From assembly GCF_001194135.2 (NCBI RefSeq), contig NC_068981.1, positions 164,170,400 through 164,234,399 on the forward strand: a DNA stretch of 64,000 nucleotides. Direction: 5' to 3'. How positions within the stretch are numbered: the stretch's first letter is position 1; each line of letters opens with the position of its first letter. A program made the position numbers and the translations under genes. The DNA comes from Octopus bimaculoides. Taxonomy: Eukaryota. A model generated the notes under the pieces. That model was given only the letters and a program-made list of their open reading frames with translations. It was not told the DNA's origin and did no database searches. Shown one piece after another: positions 1 to 12,706 of the stretch.

Positions 1-320
1 GATAATGCTGGAAATAACATATAGAATAAGAGATAAAGGTTACGATGTGCTATTGGAAGAAATGAAAAAATAAAGAGTAGTAGCAATCAAAGCAAAACTG
101 GAAAGATATAACAATAGAAAGAGACAATTCAGGTAAAAAGATTGTTTGAAGCAAATTAGAAGAAACTGCTTCAGGAACTAAATGGGCAATTACACGTAAC
201 AATGATACTAGATGCAGAGGAAAGCAAGGCATTCTGGAGAGGAATCTGGGATCAACCTGTAGAACATATTGATGAAGCAGAGTGGCTGCATGAAATCCAA
301 CATAGGTTAAGAAATATAGA
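1..320 (+). mobile_element. Decayed R4/Dong-like (RLE-type) non-LTR retrotransposon, region upstream of RT
   Basis: Manual translation with stops: LLEEMKK*RVVAIKAKLERYNNRKRQFR*KRLFEAN*KKLLQELNG...DAEESKAFWRGIWDQPVEHIDEAEWLHEI, matching the pre-RT block recalled for R4/Dong ORFs. Confidence 0.75.
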
Positions 321-349
321 ATTCCAAGAAATATAGAATTCTTGGATAA

Positions 350-1480
350 TATTGTTGAAAGTACTGGTGCCCTATGTTAGCAAAGGGTGTAAGGGCTGTT
401 ACATCGTCGGTCAAAAGCATCTCTCCATTTATTCAAATCTACCAGTTCTTGCGTCGGTGTATTGTTGTTCCTTTTCTTTTTTTTTTTTTTGCATTAGTAA
501 CTTTTACTATTTAGGCTTCTCACCGATAACTTCCCAACACAACTTATCTGAGTATTCCCAAGCGAGGGAAACATGTCTTGTGGAGTGGTCATTGTCTTTT
601 TTTTTGTGTGTGTTTTGGAGCTTTCATTTACTCTTGTTGATAGTGATGAGGGCAATTTCGGAGCAGTGCTTTTCTTCTGCTGTTTCTGTTGTTGTTCCTA
701 TTCTTGTTTTGTTTTTGTTGATGTTGTTATCGGTTCTGCTTCCAGTCTTGCAGCTAGTGTTGCAATCAATGTTGCTGCAGTTGAATGATATTGTTGTAGC
801 TGCTGTGGTTGTTGTGCTGTAGTTGCTACTGTTTTTGGTGGTGAAGACTTTTCAGGTGTCATTTTCTGTTGTTGTTGTTGTTGTCGTTGTTGCCGGAAGC
901 GTAAAGGTAATTAGTGTTTCCACGATTGTAACATCGAAGCCTTATATCTACCATTAACATAAACAGTTGATGCTCTCCTGAGATATCGAGGATTTTGTCT
1001 GGTGTGTCAAGTGATACATAAATCAAAGTTTTCCGCTCCCCCTTAGCGCAGTTTTCTTTCCGGCATCATTTTAATTCCAACAGCGTGCAAGGATCTTCGA
1101 AAATCACGCATTTTCTTGCCCTCAGAAAGCTCAATGTTTGAGATTATTACTCAGATCACTCTCCGCCCCAGGAAAATCGGTGTCAGTGTGACATCTTCAC
1201 TTCTGAGTGGAATGGCTGAGGGCTTCGGAACAAAGCTTTCCGAGCGAAAAACAACTCGAACATATCCGAACTTTTGGGCGTGTCCCACAATATTGATATC
1301 TTACTATATGTTCCTCAAACAGATTTCAGTTTGGCCGGAATATATAGGCTAGATTTAATTTCTGTTTGGTGTAAAAAGTATTGTAGTTTATTCAGCGGAA
1401 CTCTTTTCAGTTCTAGCTTCTTGAGATTCTCCGCCTCTTTTAAACGTCCATTATCTAGTGAGGTGAGATAAGATATTTCT
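350..1480 (-). mobile_element. Decayed LINE ORF1/gag-like fragment with degenerate CCHC zinc knuckle
   Basis: Minus strand 933-892 reads CYNRGNTNYLYASG, exact C-x2-C-x4-H-x4-C spacing with the three lost ligands each one base from C/H/C; flanked by PIFLGRRV and a long Q/T/K/S low-complexity tail; multiple stops. Confidence 0.5.
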
Positions 1481-1934
1481 GTTGTGTTTACACTGCTGCT
1501 ACTGTTGCGGTTACTAGTACCATCATTGTCATTGTCATTATTGCTTCTTATCAGGGTTTCGTCGTAGTGGAGGTTGGGCTTATACTGTTACAGTTGGCAA
1601 TGCACGATTTGCTGCTACTACCTGTAGACATTTTGTAAGCTTCTTTGATTAGCATGTCATTCTTGTTGCTGCTGCTAGAGCTGTTGTTGTTAGTGTTGTT
1701 GCCGTTTTGTTTCTATTGTTATTGCTACTATTTTAAATTACTAGTACGTCTGTTGTATTGTATGATGGGTGGTGACTGTGAAAGATGGTTTCACCTTTCC
1801 AAACCTCTCCTGCCCACCTTTCTTGTTCACCAGACTCGTACTTATGTATCGATTCCGAAAGAATGAAAGGTAAAGTCGACATCGCGGAACAAACAACAGC
1901 AACAACACAGATAAATAACCTGGATTTACCAAAG

Positions 1935-2830
1935 AAATAAATATGAAATTCGGCTTAGAAAAATGTGCCAAAGCAATCTTGAAAAGAAGAAAACTAATTA
2001 AGAGTAACAATATTACACGAAATAAAGAAAATGAAATAAAAGAAATTGACTAAACCCAGACATACAAATACTTAGGAATCAATGAACTGCATACGGTACA
2101 ATACATACAAATGAAAGAGAAGATAAGGAAAGCATACTATAGACGAATTAGATTAATATTTACAACTGAACTCAATCCGATAAACATGATAAAAAGTATC
2201 AATATTCTAACTGTCCCAATTATAAGCTACAGCATTCTTAACTGGGGACTAAATGAACTGACCAAATTAGACAGGAAAACAAGAAAAAAATAATAGCGGA
2301 ATTTAGAATACACCACCCAAAATCTTACATAAAAAGGTTATGTATACAACGAATTGGAAGTGGCAGAGGCCTTATGCAACTAGAAAACTATTGCAAAATA
2401 ACCAGCATAGGATTACAGAAATATCTAACTCAAAACCAGGAAAAACTGGTACAAATAGCCACAAAACATGACTAAAACACACAAAATTGTTCTGTGTCAT
2501 TGAGGAAGCCGAAAATTTCAAGGAGTCATAGTACCTGACAACTATGAAGAAAAGGAACAAACAGCAAAAGCTGTAAAGCAACTGGAATCTAAACTAGAAC
2601 TCGAAGAACAAAATACCATGTTAAAACGATGGCAAGAAAAGCCCTTACATGGCATATACTGGGATAAGCTAAGCAGGAAAGAATTAGAGTAAATTCCAAA
2701 CTCAAGACTTAAGGCAGACACTGATACTTAAGGCAGCATCGATACTAGAAACGACTAAACCCAGATACAATTTGCACCGAACAACAGATAATCATAAAAA
2801 ATACAAATTCTGAGCCACACGAATAATTCC
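1935..2830 (+). mobile_element. Decayed R4/Dong-like LINE, RT C-terminus/thumb
   Basis: INMKFGLEKCAK, TYKYLGINE, MKEKIRKAYYRRIRLIF (ORF 2111-2293), IHHPKS..KRL..RIGSGRGLMQLE, KRWQEKPLHG; colinear with fragment 1-320. Confidence 0.85.
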
Positions 2831-4195
2831 AGTAAAGTTACAAAGAACATTGATGTATTTAGGGGCAGTGTTACAAGTTCTTAAGTAATAGTAAAAAACG
2901 ATGATTAATGATAATGATATTAATAATAATAACAATATTAGTGCTAATATACTAATGAACATAACAATAACTATTACCACATATCGAAATACTCTCCACT
3001 CTCAGCACAGGTGAGAGAGAAAGCATACCTGCATTGCTACTACAAGTCGACAGTTTCTCGTAATGACTAAACAGGAAATTGATGATCTTTTACGATCAGT
3101 AGCTTGCAAACCCACAATAAACAGGCCAACATGGCTATTATGAATAACATGCAGTCTTTCAGAAAACACTGCCTTAAATACGAACCTACATTAAGGAGCG
3201 TTTTATTAGTAATGAACAAAAAGGAAATAATTTATCATAATATTTCAATACCCGGCGATATAACTAAGTGTAACGATTTCCGATACGTTTGTATATTCAC
3301 AAGAGAATAAGCTGATTAAATATATATTGTATCATTACAAGAGACGGAAGCACCAAAATAGCACAGGAAAGATGAAGGGTTAATTAAAGTATAGATTAAT
3401 GGTTTCTGTAACGAAGCAATTAAAAAATAACCCAGGTGATTGTAGATAACCTTTTTTGAGAAAAATAAGAAAAAATATATGCGATATATGCCATACATGT
3501 CATTCAGCACGAACCAATTAAATACCAAATTAATCTGTTTTACAAACGAAGCTAATTTTAACAAAAATAATGTTTGGCTAAAAGAATACGGAGCTACATT
3601 AGAAATTCTAAAAACATGTCTGTATGTGCATATTTTTCAGAATGCATGTAGTTTTTATTAGGCATATTTTGGAAAACACTTCAGTGTACCGAAAAGTATA
3701 ATTGCATTAACTGAAACAAGAATAAAAACAATTAATGTCTACAACAAAACTATTTCGTGTATAGTAATGCCAGTAAATATACAATTATTAATTAGATCAA
3801 TAAATGAATCTGAAGAGAGAATTCCGCCAGAACGCATTGAAAACCTTAATCGCAGTTCGCTCATAGTTAATTAATTCTCGATTCAACCCACAAGAGAAAC
3901 TGAGTGGTCGAAATGTTCATTCTAGGCATACTTTTCATAAAACTGAGACGAGTCATAATTATTCTTTCCAGCCTCACTTTATACTTCTTTCACATCTCGG
4001 ATATTCTCGTCTGTTTATACCCATACAAATTAAACCTGTCTTTTAACTGCTTTAATAGCAATATCGGAATCAAAATATTTGGAAATTGTCCACAACTTTT
4101 GACCTTAAATTGCAAAGAATTTTAAAGAAAAATTCGTTCTTGGTTTTCTCAAAGTGCCCCACAAAATCATTGTCCATTATTTCCTACTTTAGATC

Positions 4196-4390
4196 GGCGA
4201 GCAGGTTGAATCGATAGCACATCGGATAAAATACTTAGCGGTATTTCGCCTGTCTAATGCCGCTGAGCTTGACGTTGCCTTACATCCTTTCAGGGTCAAT
4301 AAAATAAGTATCAGTTGAATGATGGAGTCAATGTAATCGACTTGCTCCCATTCCCGAAACTGCTGGTCTTGTGCCAACATCTGAAATAAT
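4196..4390 (+). mobile_element. SINE family B copy (diverged)
   Basis: GGCGAGC..GAATCG..AGCAC head, CTTAGCGGTATTTCG, CATCCTTTC.GGGTC.ATAAAATAAGTA.CAG core and CTTGTGCC tail shared with many other copies in the window. Confidence 0.75.
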
Positions 4391-5297
4391 TTCCTACTCT
4401 AATCACCTATAAAATTTTAAATTATGCAAATTACCTAGGACCTAGGTAATCTATAACCTAGGTCCTAGGTTAAAAATACATTCTACTCTTTTTTTGCATA
4501 AATCTCAATCCCTTAGCTACAGAAAATTAAGTCGGAAAATTGCTTTGCAGGTGGCGGTTATTAAGCCAGAAAAACGTGTTCACGACTGTCTTCTTATCCC
4601 CAAACAATAAGCCTGTGCTTTTTATTAATGACATGTCAACTTCGAAGAAGGCTTGAATTTTGAGATTAGATCCCCTTCTTAAGCGGACCTAGGCTTAATT
4701 GCTTTTTGTTAATTATGATACATCCTCTTGGGGCGGAGATAAATGTACTAATTTAATAATTTAATAATTTTTTCACTATGATATTTCATCTACCCGTATT
4801 TGTATTATAAAATTGATAGTATTAACTGCTCCTTTCCAATCGACTGAGTACTGGCGGCGCGCGCGGTAGCATCTTCAATGTTAGGACGCAAACACATTTA
4901 ATATTTAAAGCGAACGTTTCCTACAAAAGGACTATTAAACAAGGCGGTGTGCTTCACGAAATATCATGCATGCTCTCTTTCCAATCTGCCCAAGAATCTC
5001 TGCCGCAATCTCATCGCTATCTGTGCTGACAAAAACTGGCCATACCAGGTTGACCACGAGGTGAATGCCGACAGCAGCTGAACTTTTGGAGCAACACTAC
5101 TTCTTATTAGACGCTCTGGCTTGGTCATCGTGATCCAGGGGCATATGCATTACACAAGTGATTGTATGCATTTACCGCCTCCATTCGATGTTTGAGTAAT
5201 TGTTTCCGCTCAGCTCATATTAGGGTAGATATTTCCTTGTCCCTATCGAAAATAGGTATCTGAATATGGAAAATTACAATAAACCAGAACGCAGAGA

Positions 5298-5298
<1 letters not shown>

Positions 5299-5356
<58 letters not shown>

Positions 5357-5357
5357 G

Positions 5358-5391
<34 letters not shown>

Positions 5392-5575
5392 NNNNNNNNN
5401 NNNNNNNNNNNNNNNNNNNNNNNNNNNNNNNNNNNNNNNNNNNNNNNNNNNNNNNNNNNNNNNNNNNNNNNNNNNNNNNNNNNNNNNNNNNNNNNNNNNN
5501 NNNNNNNNNNNNNNNNNNNNNNNNNNNNNNNNNNNNNNNNNNNNNNNNNNNNNNNNNNNNNNNNNNNNNNNNNNN

Positions 5576-5632
<57 letters not shown>
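5299..5632. repeat. Compound microsatellite (TATC)n-(TA)n-gap-(GA)n
   Basis: Directly visible; an assembly gap lies inside it. Confidence 0.95.
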
Positions 5633-5635
<3 letters not shown>

Positions 5636-6829
5636 TGAGAGTGGGTGAGAGAGGGAGAGAAAAAGGGAGAAGGGGGAGAGAGAAAGGGGAAGAGATAGGA
5701 ATGAAAGTTATTTCGATACTCGGCAAAAACGACTGAACTGTCTGGTATCAAATTTCCCGCTTTTGACTGGCCACCACCGAAGTCAAAACGTCAGAGGAGT
5801 AAAATGATGAATCCGCCATTTTTCATAAGCAGGCTGCTGCTTTATGACGCCCATTTGTCTGGCTGAGTGGTCCCTGGCCGGATATAAAATACAGTGGAAC
5901 ATTGGAGTTAGAGGCAGAAGCTTTTACACAATACATACACGAAATATCTTGTTTAAAGAAAATGAAAGAGAAAGGGTACATATTAAATAAATGTATGCAC
6001 AAGTCAGTGACTAAATTGTTTGTATATGTTATTTTAGATTCGATTATTTGTTAATCTCTTTATTTATTATATTGTTGTTGTTATTGTCTTTGTTGTCGTT
6101 GTTGTTACTGTTGTTGTTGTTGTTGTTGTTATTGTTATTATTTGAAGGCATTCTGGGAATAAGGATGTACATTCCATTATCCGTGTCCTAAAGAAACAGA
6201 TGCTCATACACACTCAACTATACAGACACGCATACATTCACACAAATAAAATTATCCACGCACACAGGACACATACACGTACACACAATACAGAAACATA
6301 CATATATGTATAAATATGTATTTGTATACATATTTGTGTATGTGCATGTATGTATATATTTCTGTTTGTTTATGTATGTGTGAGTGTGTACACGTGCGTT
6401 TTCATATATATTTTCTGCAGTTACCACATTTCCTAAAAAAATATCGCCATCGGTATATTAACATGCTACATCAGTTATCACCTTCTACATCTTAATACAT
6501 CTTAATACATATAAAAAACCTATTTGCCTAAGCACCAGGTTTCACTTTCCTTGAGAATCTTGCCTCAAAATCAAAAATTATTTTATATTTTTCTGAATAT
6601 AATTTATTGACTGATTTATTTTTCCCCAAGTAAATTTCATTACACTTTTCCCCCCTCGTTCTAAGTTTATCTATCGATACGTAGATAATATCGTCAGATA
6701 ACCGGGACTTTTCCTGCATTAGACTATCTGTAGTTGCACTTCACTATTAGAGTCAATAGACATACAGTTGTCTAATTTTCTAATACCACTGTTTTTGATA
6801 TTTACATACCACTTAAATAAGAGAGTCTC

Positions 6830-7110
6830 TCGAGGTCAAGCCATCACTTCTCCGCATTTACAGATCACAGCTCCAATACTACGGACATGTGATTATAATG
6901 ACGCAGAAATGAACCGCATGACGGTTTTTTCAAGCCGAGCCAACCGACAGGAGACCTAGTGTCAGACCAAGAACAATATGGCTGGATAGTATCTATAGTC
7001 TCGATTGGTCACGTTGGGAATGCAGCAGGAAAGCGTAGCAATGGTTGTTTCTGATTAGACCCTATGGAAAAGATGCCTGAGGACTCTACCCTCATGACCT
7101 TTCCTGGAAT
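6830..7110 (+). mobile_element. RTE-clade LINE 3' end fragment
   Basis: RSQLQYYGHVI..., QAEPTDRRPSVRPRTIWLDSI, a decayed form of the QLRWFGHV / RPRGRPRTRW C-terminal motif of RTE elements. Confidence 0.75.
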
Positions 7111-7469
7111 AATGAACGGAGAAAATAGATGGCTGGCTGGCTGGCTGAATGGATGGATAGACATTGCTTTTAGTTACAATAGCTATTGTACATGCGTATG
7201 TTTTAGAGATTGAAGCCATCTTAAATATGACAAAACCTTATTTTACGTGATTTAAATATGCACATTTGGTTTGATTGTGTTTATAATACGTTCAAATTAT
7301 ATTTGACTTGGTGACCGTATATTAAGCGACATTATTTTTTCTAATAAATCAACAGTCTAGATTGTTTCCTAAATTTTGTAAAGAAGGATTTTCAACAATA
7401 ATTTGAAGTTTTATTTTTTGGCGGTGGGTGCGGGTGGGGATCGTTATCTTTTATCTTCTATCGTTTATC

Positions 7470-7583
7470 TTTTATTTGTTGCAGCCTTTAGACTGCGGCC
7501 ATCCTGGGGCACCACCTTGAATTTTTAACCGAATGAATCGATCGCGGTATTTATTTTTTAAGGGGGTACAAAAACAGACACAA

Positions 7584-7648
<65 letters not shown>

Positions 7649-7838
7649 NNNNNNNNNNACACACACACACACACACACGACGAGCTTCTTTCAGTTTCCG
7701 TCAACCAAATCCACTCAGAAGGCTTTGGTTGGCCTGAGGCTATAGTAGAAGGCACTAGCACAAGGTGCCACACAGTGGGACTGAACCCGGAACCATGTGG
7801 TTAGTAAGCAAGCTACTTACCACACAATCATGCCTATA
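7470..7838 (-). mobile_element. SINE family A copy (tRNA-like head, internal (TG)n)
   Basis: Reverse complement of TGTGGTAAGTAGCTTGCTTAC.AACCACATGGTTCCGGGTTCAGTCCCACTG...CACCTTG.GC.AGTG..TTCTACTATAGCCTC; same as copies at 13845, 17090, 28557. Confidence 0.9.
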
Positions 7839-7889
7839 TGTATAAAAGAAGAACACAAATGGGTTTAAAATTCCTCAGTAAAATGTTGT

Positions 7890-8800
7890 TTCAGCAGCAT
7901 TCTATTGATGAATTCATGGAGTACTTCATGACAAAAACCCGCCATCTTCAAGGGATTTTAAACAGAGCATTAAAGTAGAAAATTGAAACTGAGCAGCTCA
8001 CCACGTTACACATGTTTACATTTGACAGATATATTAATGGGAATGTTTCACCAGTATTCCTTGTGTTGATGTTTGTGTATATATTCAATAACAGGTGGAA
8101 TCTCTATATTTATTCCAGAGCATTCTTTTTCTCCAAATGGTATTGTATATTGTTTCGCGACAACGTCGTGTCGCATAGGGAAATAGTACTTTGATGACAT
8201 TTTGGAGCGGCTGCTCATAACATGTGTGATGCCCTCCATAAAACTACGATATAATCTACATTTACGGTTGCATATTAGCGTTACACGGGCTTCACTGTCA
8301 TTTTTATTTATTTAGTATTTCGTAGCGATCTTCTGTTCTTGGATTGCAAATGGCATGTGATGTAGCGGTCACGAGTCCAAGGCAGGCTGCAGTTCATGCC
8401 AATATTACTGTCTTCCTCGTGTTTTCGGGAAACAGCCACGCATAGTCTTTTTCGTATGTTGAACGCTTGACATCCAGATCTTCTTTTGAGGTACATTAGT
8501 CCAGCTGTTTTAGGATTGTATAGGGGGTCATCAGGAAGAGTGTGTTTCCTGAGAGCCCGCTGCCGATACGTAGGATATTGCCCTCTTCCCTTTTCAGTAC
8601 GAAGTTACAGTACTTATTTTTGCTGTTGTTGCTTAGCAGGTGATGTTTGAAAGAGACTATTCGACTTTTGAAGGTTGTCTGCACTGATCGCAAGCCCCTA
8701 CCTCCTTGATCTTTTCTTAGGAAGAATTTGTCGATATCATTATTTCTGGAAGATTTCCATTTGATACTGGTATCTTGCGGGTTTTAACGTATACTGAGTG
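7890..8800 (-). mobile_element. Decayed R4/Dong-like LINE C-terminus (zinc finger/RHD and RLE region)
   Basis: DIDKFFLRKDQGGRGLRSVQTTFKSRIVSF and EGITHVMSSRSKMSSKYYFPMRHDVVAK...KEYW (ORFs 8496-8693 and 8048-8239). Confidence 0.8.
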
Positions 8801-9084
8801 GATGTATGGATGTTTTCCTTTGAGTTTTTATGTTCTTAAGAGAGTTCAAGTCGGCCACTAACAAAGCGACAAGTTTTTTGAGTTAAGAGAATTCTCGGTG
8901 TTTGTAAATATATGGTTGAGTTGGTGCGTTGGCTGAGCTTTTGATGCACACACCGAATTTTAGATGGAAAATCTGAGATGGAGAATCTTTGGAATGTCTT
9001 ACAAATCTTCACTGTTCTACTACCAGATTGGATTTGAGCGTCAGTTTCTTTTGTTCTTTCTTCGAAAAACCTGATATTTCTATT

Positions 9085-9425
9085 TGCGTGTGTGTATGTG
9101 TGTGTGTGTGTGTGTGTGCGTGTGTGTGTGTGTGTAAATTTGTATGTATGTATGTATGCATGTATGTACGTATGAATGTCTGTCTGTCTGTCTGTCTGTA
9201 TGTATGTATGTATTTATGTATGTATTTTTTATTTATGGGTTTCAGCCAAGTGGCTGTGGTCATGCTGGAGCACCACCGTATGTGTGTGTATGTATGTATG
9301 TATGTATGTATGTATGTATGCATGTATGTCTGTCTGTCTGTATGTATGTATGTATTTATGTATGTATGTATGTATGTGTGTGTGTGTATGTATGTATGTA
9401 TGTATGTAAGCATTTATGTATGAAT
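9085..9425. repeat. (TG)n/(TATG)n/(TCTG)n microsatellite containing a 55-bp SINE-A 3' tail (9225-9280, minus)
   Basis: TTTATTTATGGGTTTCAGCCAAGTGGCTGTGGTCATGCTGGAGCACCACCG is the reverse complement of a SINE-A tail variant. Confidence 0.85.
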
Positions 9426-9554
9426 TTATGTACGTTGACCGTGTGTCGGCACTGATTCTGAATATCTGAAAGTTGATCGCTGGCTAATATCATCAACAAT
9501 GTCTCATTCACCCACTTGTTTTACAAATACCCGGTCGAGTCAACGAATGAGGAT

Positions 9555-9770
9555 TTACTATGACCGCTGGTGTAGTTAGAAATACCAGCCAATCATCCTT
9601 AAATCACACTCAACAATTTGTGGAAGAGTAGGACACGATGGGCAATATAGCAATAGATGCATTAATCCCAAAAGACAAACAGATAGGATAAATCATGAGT
9701 GAGATATATTCAATCACAGATATGCTTGATCAAGATTGACCCGGGGCTAAACATCAGGGGCAGCAGCAAC
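9555..9770 (+). mobile_element. Interspersed repeat family D (SINE-like, CAA tail)
   Basis: TTAGAAATACCAGCCAA.TC..TCA...GGACAC.ATG..CAAT...GCT.GATCA.G.TTGACC.GGGGCTAAACA; related copies at 15555, 27560, 27885, 34240(-), 35520, 36955(-), 52380(-), 54400(-). Confidence 0.65.
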
Positions 9771-12435
9771 AGCAGCAACCGCAAAAATAACAAAAACAAT
9801 AAATATTACAACTTATGCACCATTTCAGGTCAAGCTATCGCAGAGCAAGGACAAGATAAAGCTCAGTAAAGGGCAACAGATATGATCTTCGATCCACTGG
9901 ATCATGGACCGAAAGGTCGATACGTTAGACACGCTGCTATTTAATTTAGATTTAAACATCGTATAAAACCAATCTCAACTACACTTCATATCTCGCTTGC
10001 TATCTACAACATGTTATTGAAATGACCACCATAAACAATGTTTATTTAGACATAATATATATATATATATATATTTAAACTCGATCTATAACAAGATAAC
10101 ATTAAAGATTAAGCTATACTGTGGAATTGCTTGAGAATCTTTCCGAATTAGAAACATCGAAGTACGCACACTCACATACGGACACACATGCACAGATACA
10201 CACACACAGAAACACATACACAGATACACACACACAGATACACACACACAGACACACAAACACATATATACATACGCACGCATATGTCCATACTTGTATA
10301 CTTGTATACATCTACATATGAAGCATAGAGTCAGGATTCTCTGAATCCAACTTTTCTACAACTCTTACTTATATNNNNNNNNNNNNNNNNNNNNNNNNNN
10401 NNNNNNNNNNNNNNNNNNNNNNNNNNNNNNNNNNNNNNNNNNNNNNNNNNNNNNNNNNNNNNNNNNNNNNNNNNNNNNNNNNNNNNNNNNNNNNNNNNNN
10501 NNNNNNNNNNNNNNNNNNNNNNNNNNNNNNNNNNNNNNNNNNNNNNNNNNNNNNNNNNNNNNNNNNNNNNNNNNNNNNNNNNNNNNNNNNNNNNNNNNNN
10601 NNNNNNNNNNNNNNNNNNNNNNNNNNNNNNNNNNNNNNNNNNNNNNNNNNNNNNNNNNNNNNNNNNNNNNNNNNNNNNNNNNNNATATATATATATATAT
10701 ATATATACATGTATATATTTGTGTATGTGCGCGTACTTGTGCTTGTATAGCGTGAGCAAGTGCACATTTGTGCACTCACGCCTACACATATAGAAGGCAC
10801 ACTGACAAACACATTCTTATGTATACACAGACACTACAAAATCTCAGAAGCATTTTAAGATTTAAGGGTGAACATGTATCTTTAAGAGTGTACCGCACTA
10901 CTGCGTCGTTTTGGTGTTCGTTTCTTATTGCACAAGGTTCCAGGTTCGATGCCACAGCGTCACTGTTTAATCCTTTACTTATCTTGAGTGTTAAGTCTGA
11001 TACATAGGATCTGTTCCTCTGGCGTTCTTGCATCGTATGTAATGCACATTACCAATTTTTTTCAACTGCCAGAGTAACTTAGGGCTTGTGAAAAAAAAAT
11101 TCTTTATATTACCCAGAACATGAAACAAAGGCTAGCTAAAAGCCTAAAAATGAGTAAAACCTTTTAGTACAAACTTGTGAAAATGACTTGAACAAGTATT
11201 TCGGGTATTATCTGGTACTTGCCACAGAAGAAATATTATCATCAAACTTTAAAATTTCAGTTCCTACTGTATTCGTGCAATCCTTAATGACAATAAATAT
11301 GTTTGTCTTACTTATATGGATTTAAAATGATATAAATAAATTGAAATGCAGAAAGCAACATTTGTTTTTAAATACACCTAGTATATTTTTTTAAATATAC
11401 CTTGTAATGAAACATCCAATGAGAGTAGAAACATCTCCCAGTGCATGGCAAGGAGTATATAGTACGCAACGGAATTTATTATATGCGCGATTTATTTTTT
11501 GTTTGAGTGTTACGATAAGCAAACAACGCTGTACAGTGAAACATTTGTTTTAACCATCTCTTTCAAGTGTCTTAGTATGTATACGTATCGGTGTATGTAT
11601 GGAGGGATGTGTTTTTGAGTGGATACAATGATATATGCATACATGCAACTGTATGTATGTGTACGTACATACAAATATATATACGTATGCATGTATGCAT
11701 GTGTGCCTGAATATATTCGTACATACATACATGGTGGTTGTCTACTCCTTAAACAGAGTTTGACCACCTCCTGCACCTACACCTTAGCTCTTTCATGGCG
11801 TCTGATGTGGCTTTTTAAACCAGACAGTGTTTTGAAAAAACACCCACACAGATTACACCTCTGATTTGCACTACCAATACCTGCAAGTAAGTTCTGCTCA
11901 TTGTGGATCCTAACATGTCTTTTAAGACCCCCATTGGATTTTCAANNNNNNNNNNNNNNNNNNNNNNNNNNNNNNNNNNNNNNNNNNNNNNNNNNNNNNN
12001 NNNNNNNNNNNNNNNNNNNNNNNNNNNNNNNNNNNNNNNNNNNNNNNNNNNNNNNNNNNNNNNNNNNNNNNNNNNNNNNNNNNNNNNNNNNNNNNNNNNN
12101 NNNNNNNNNNNNNNNNNNNNNNNNNNNNNNNNNNNNNNNNNNNNNNNNNNNNNNNNNNNNNNNNNNNNNNNNNNNNNNNNNNNNNNNNNNNNNNNNNNNN
12201 NNNNNNNNNNNNNNNNNNNNNNNNNNNNNNNNNNNNNNNNNNNNNNNNNNNNNNNNNNNNNNNNNNNNNNNNNNNNNNNNNNNNNNNNNNNNNNNNNNNN
12301 NNNNNNNNNNNNNNNNNNNNNNNNNNNNNNNNNNNNNNNNNNNNNNNNNNNNNNNNNNNNNNNNNNNNNNNNNNNNNNNNNNNNNNNNNNNNNNNNNNNN
12401 NNNNNNNNNNNNNNNNNNNNNNNNNNNNNNNNNNN

Positions 12436-12706
12436 GTAGTTCTCGGGGATATTCAGTGTGACACAGTGTGACACAGTGTGACAAGGCTGGTCCTTTGAAT
12501 TACAGGCACAACAGAAACAGGAAGTAAGAGTGAGAGAAAGTTGTGGTGGAAGAGTACAGCAGGGTTCGCCACCATCCCCTGCCGGAGCCTCGTGGAGCTT
12601 TAAGTGTTTTCGCTCAATAAACACTCACAACGCCCGGTCTGGGAATCGAAACCGCGATCCTATGACCGCGAGTCCGCTGCCCTAACCACTGGGCCATTGC
12701 GCCTCC
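12436..12706 (-). mobile_element. tRNA-derived SINE family C (3' end in gap)
   Basis: Head GGAGGCGCAATGGCCCAGTGGTTAGGGCAGCGGACTCGCGG..GGTTTCGATTCC with box A/box B, then GTGTTTATTGAGCGAAAACAC; near-consensus looking. Confidence 0.9.

Noticed and set aside
4950-5260. Minus-strand NAYAP resembling an APE endonuclease motif
   Set aside because: No downstream GDFN/GDWN or SDH motif found; too decayed to call
6655-6705. Minus-strand CTGACGA followed by a 7-bp hairpin
   Set aside because: No GAAA-helix III-UH or stem I partner, so not a hammerhead
12640-12706. tRNA-like sequences here and at 34708-34775
   Set aside because: They are SINE heads continuing into SINE bodies, with no complete cloverleaf or terminator
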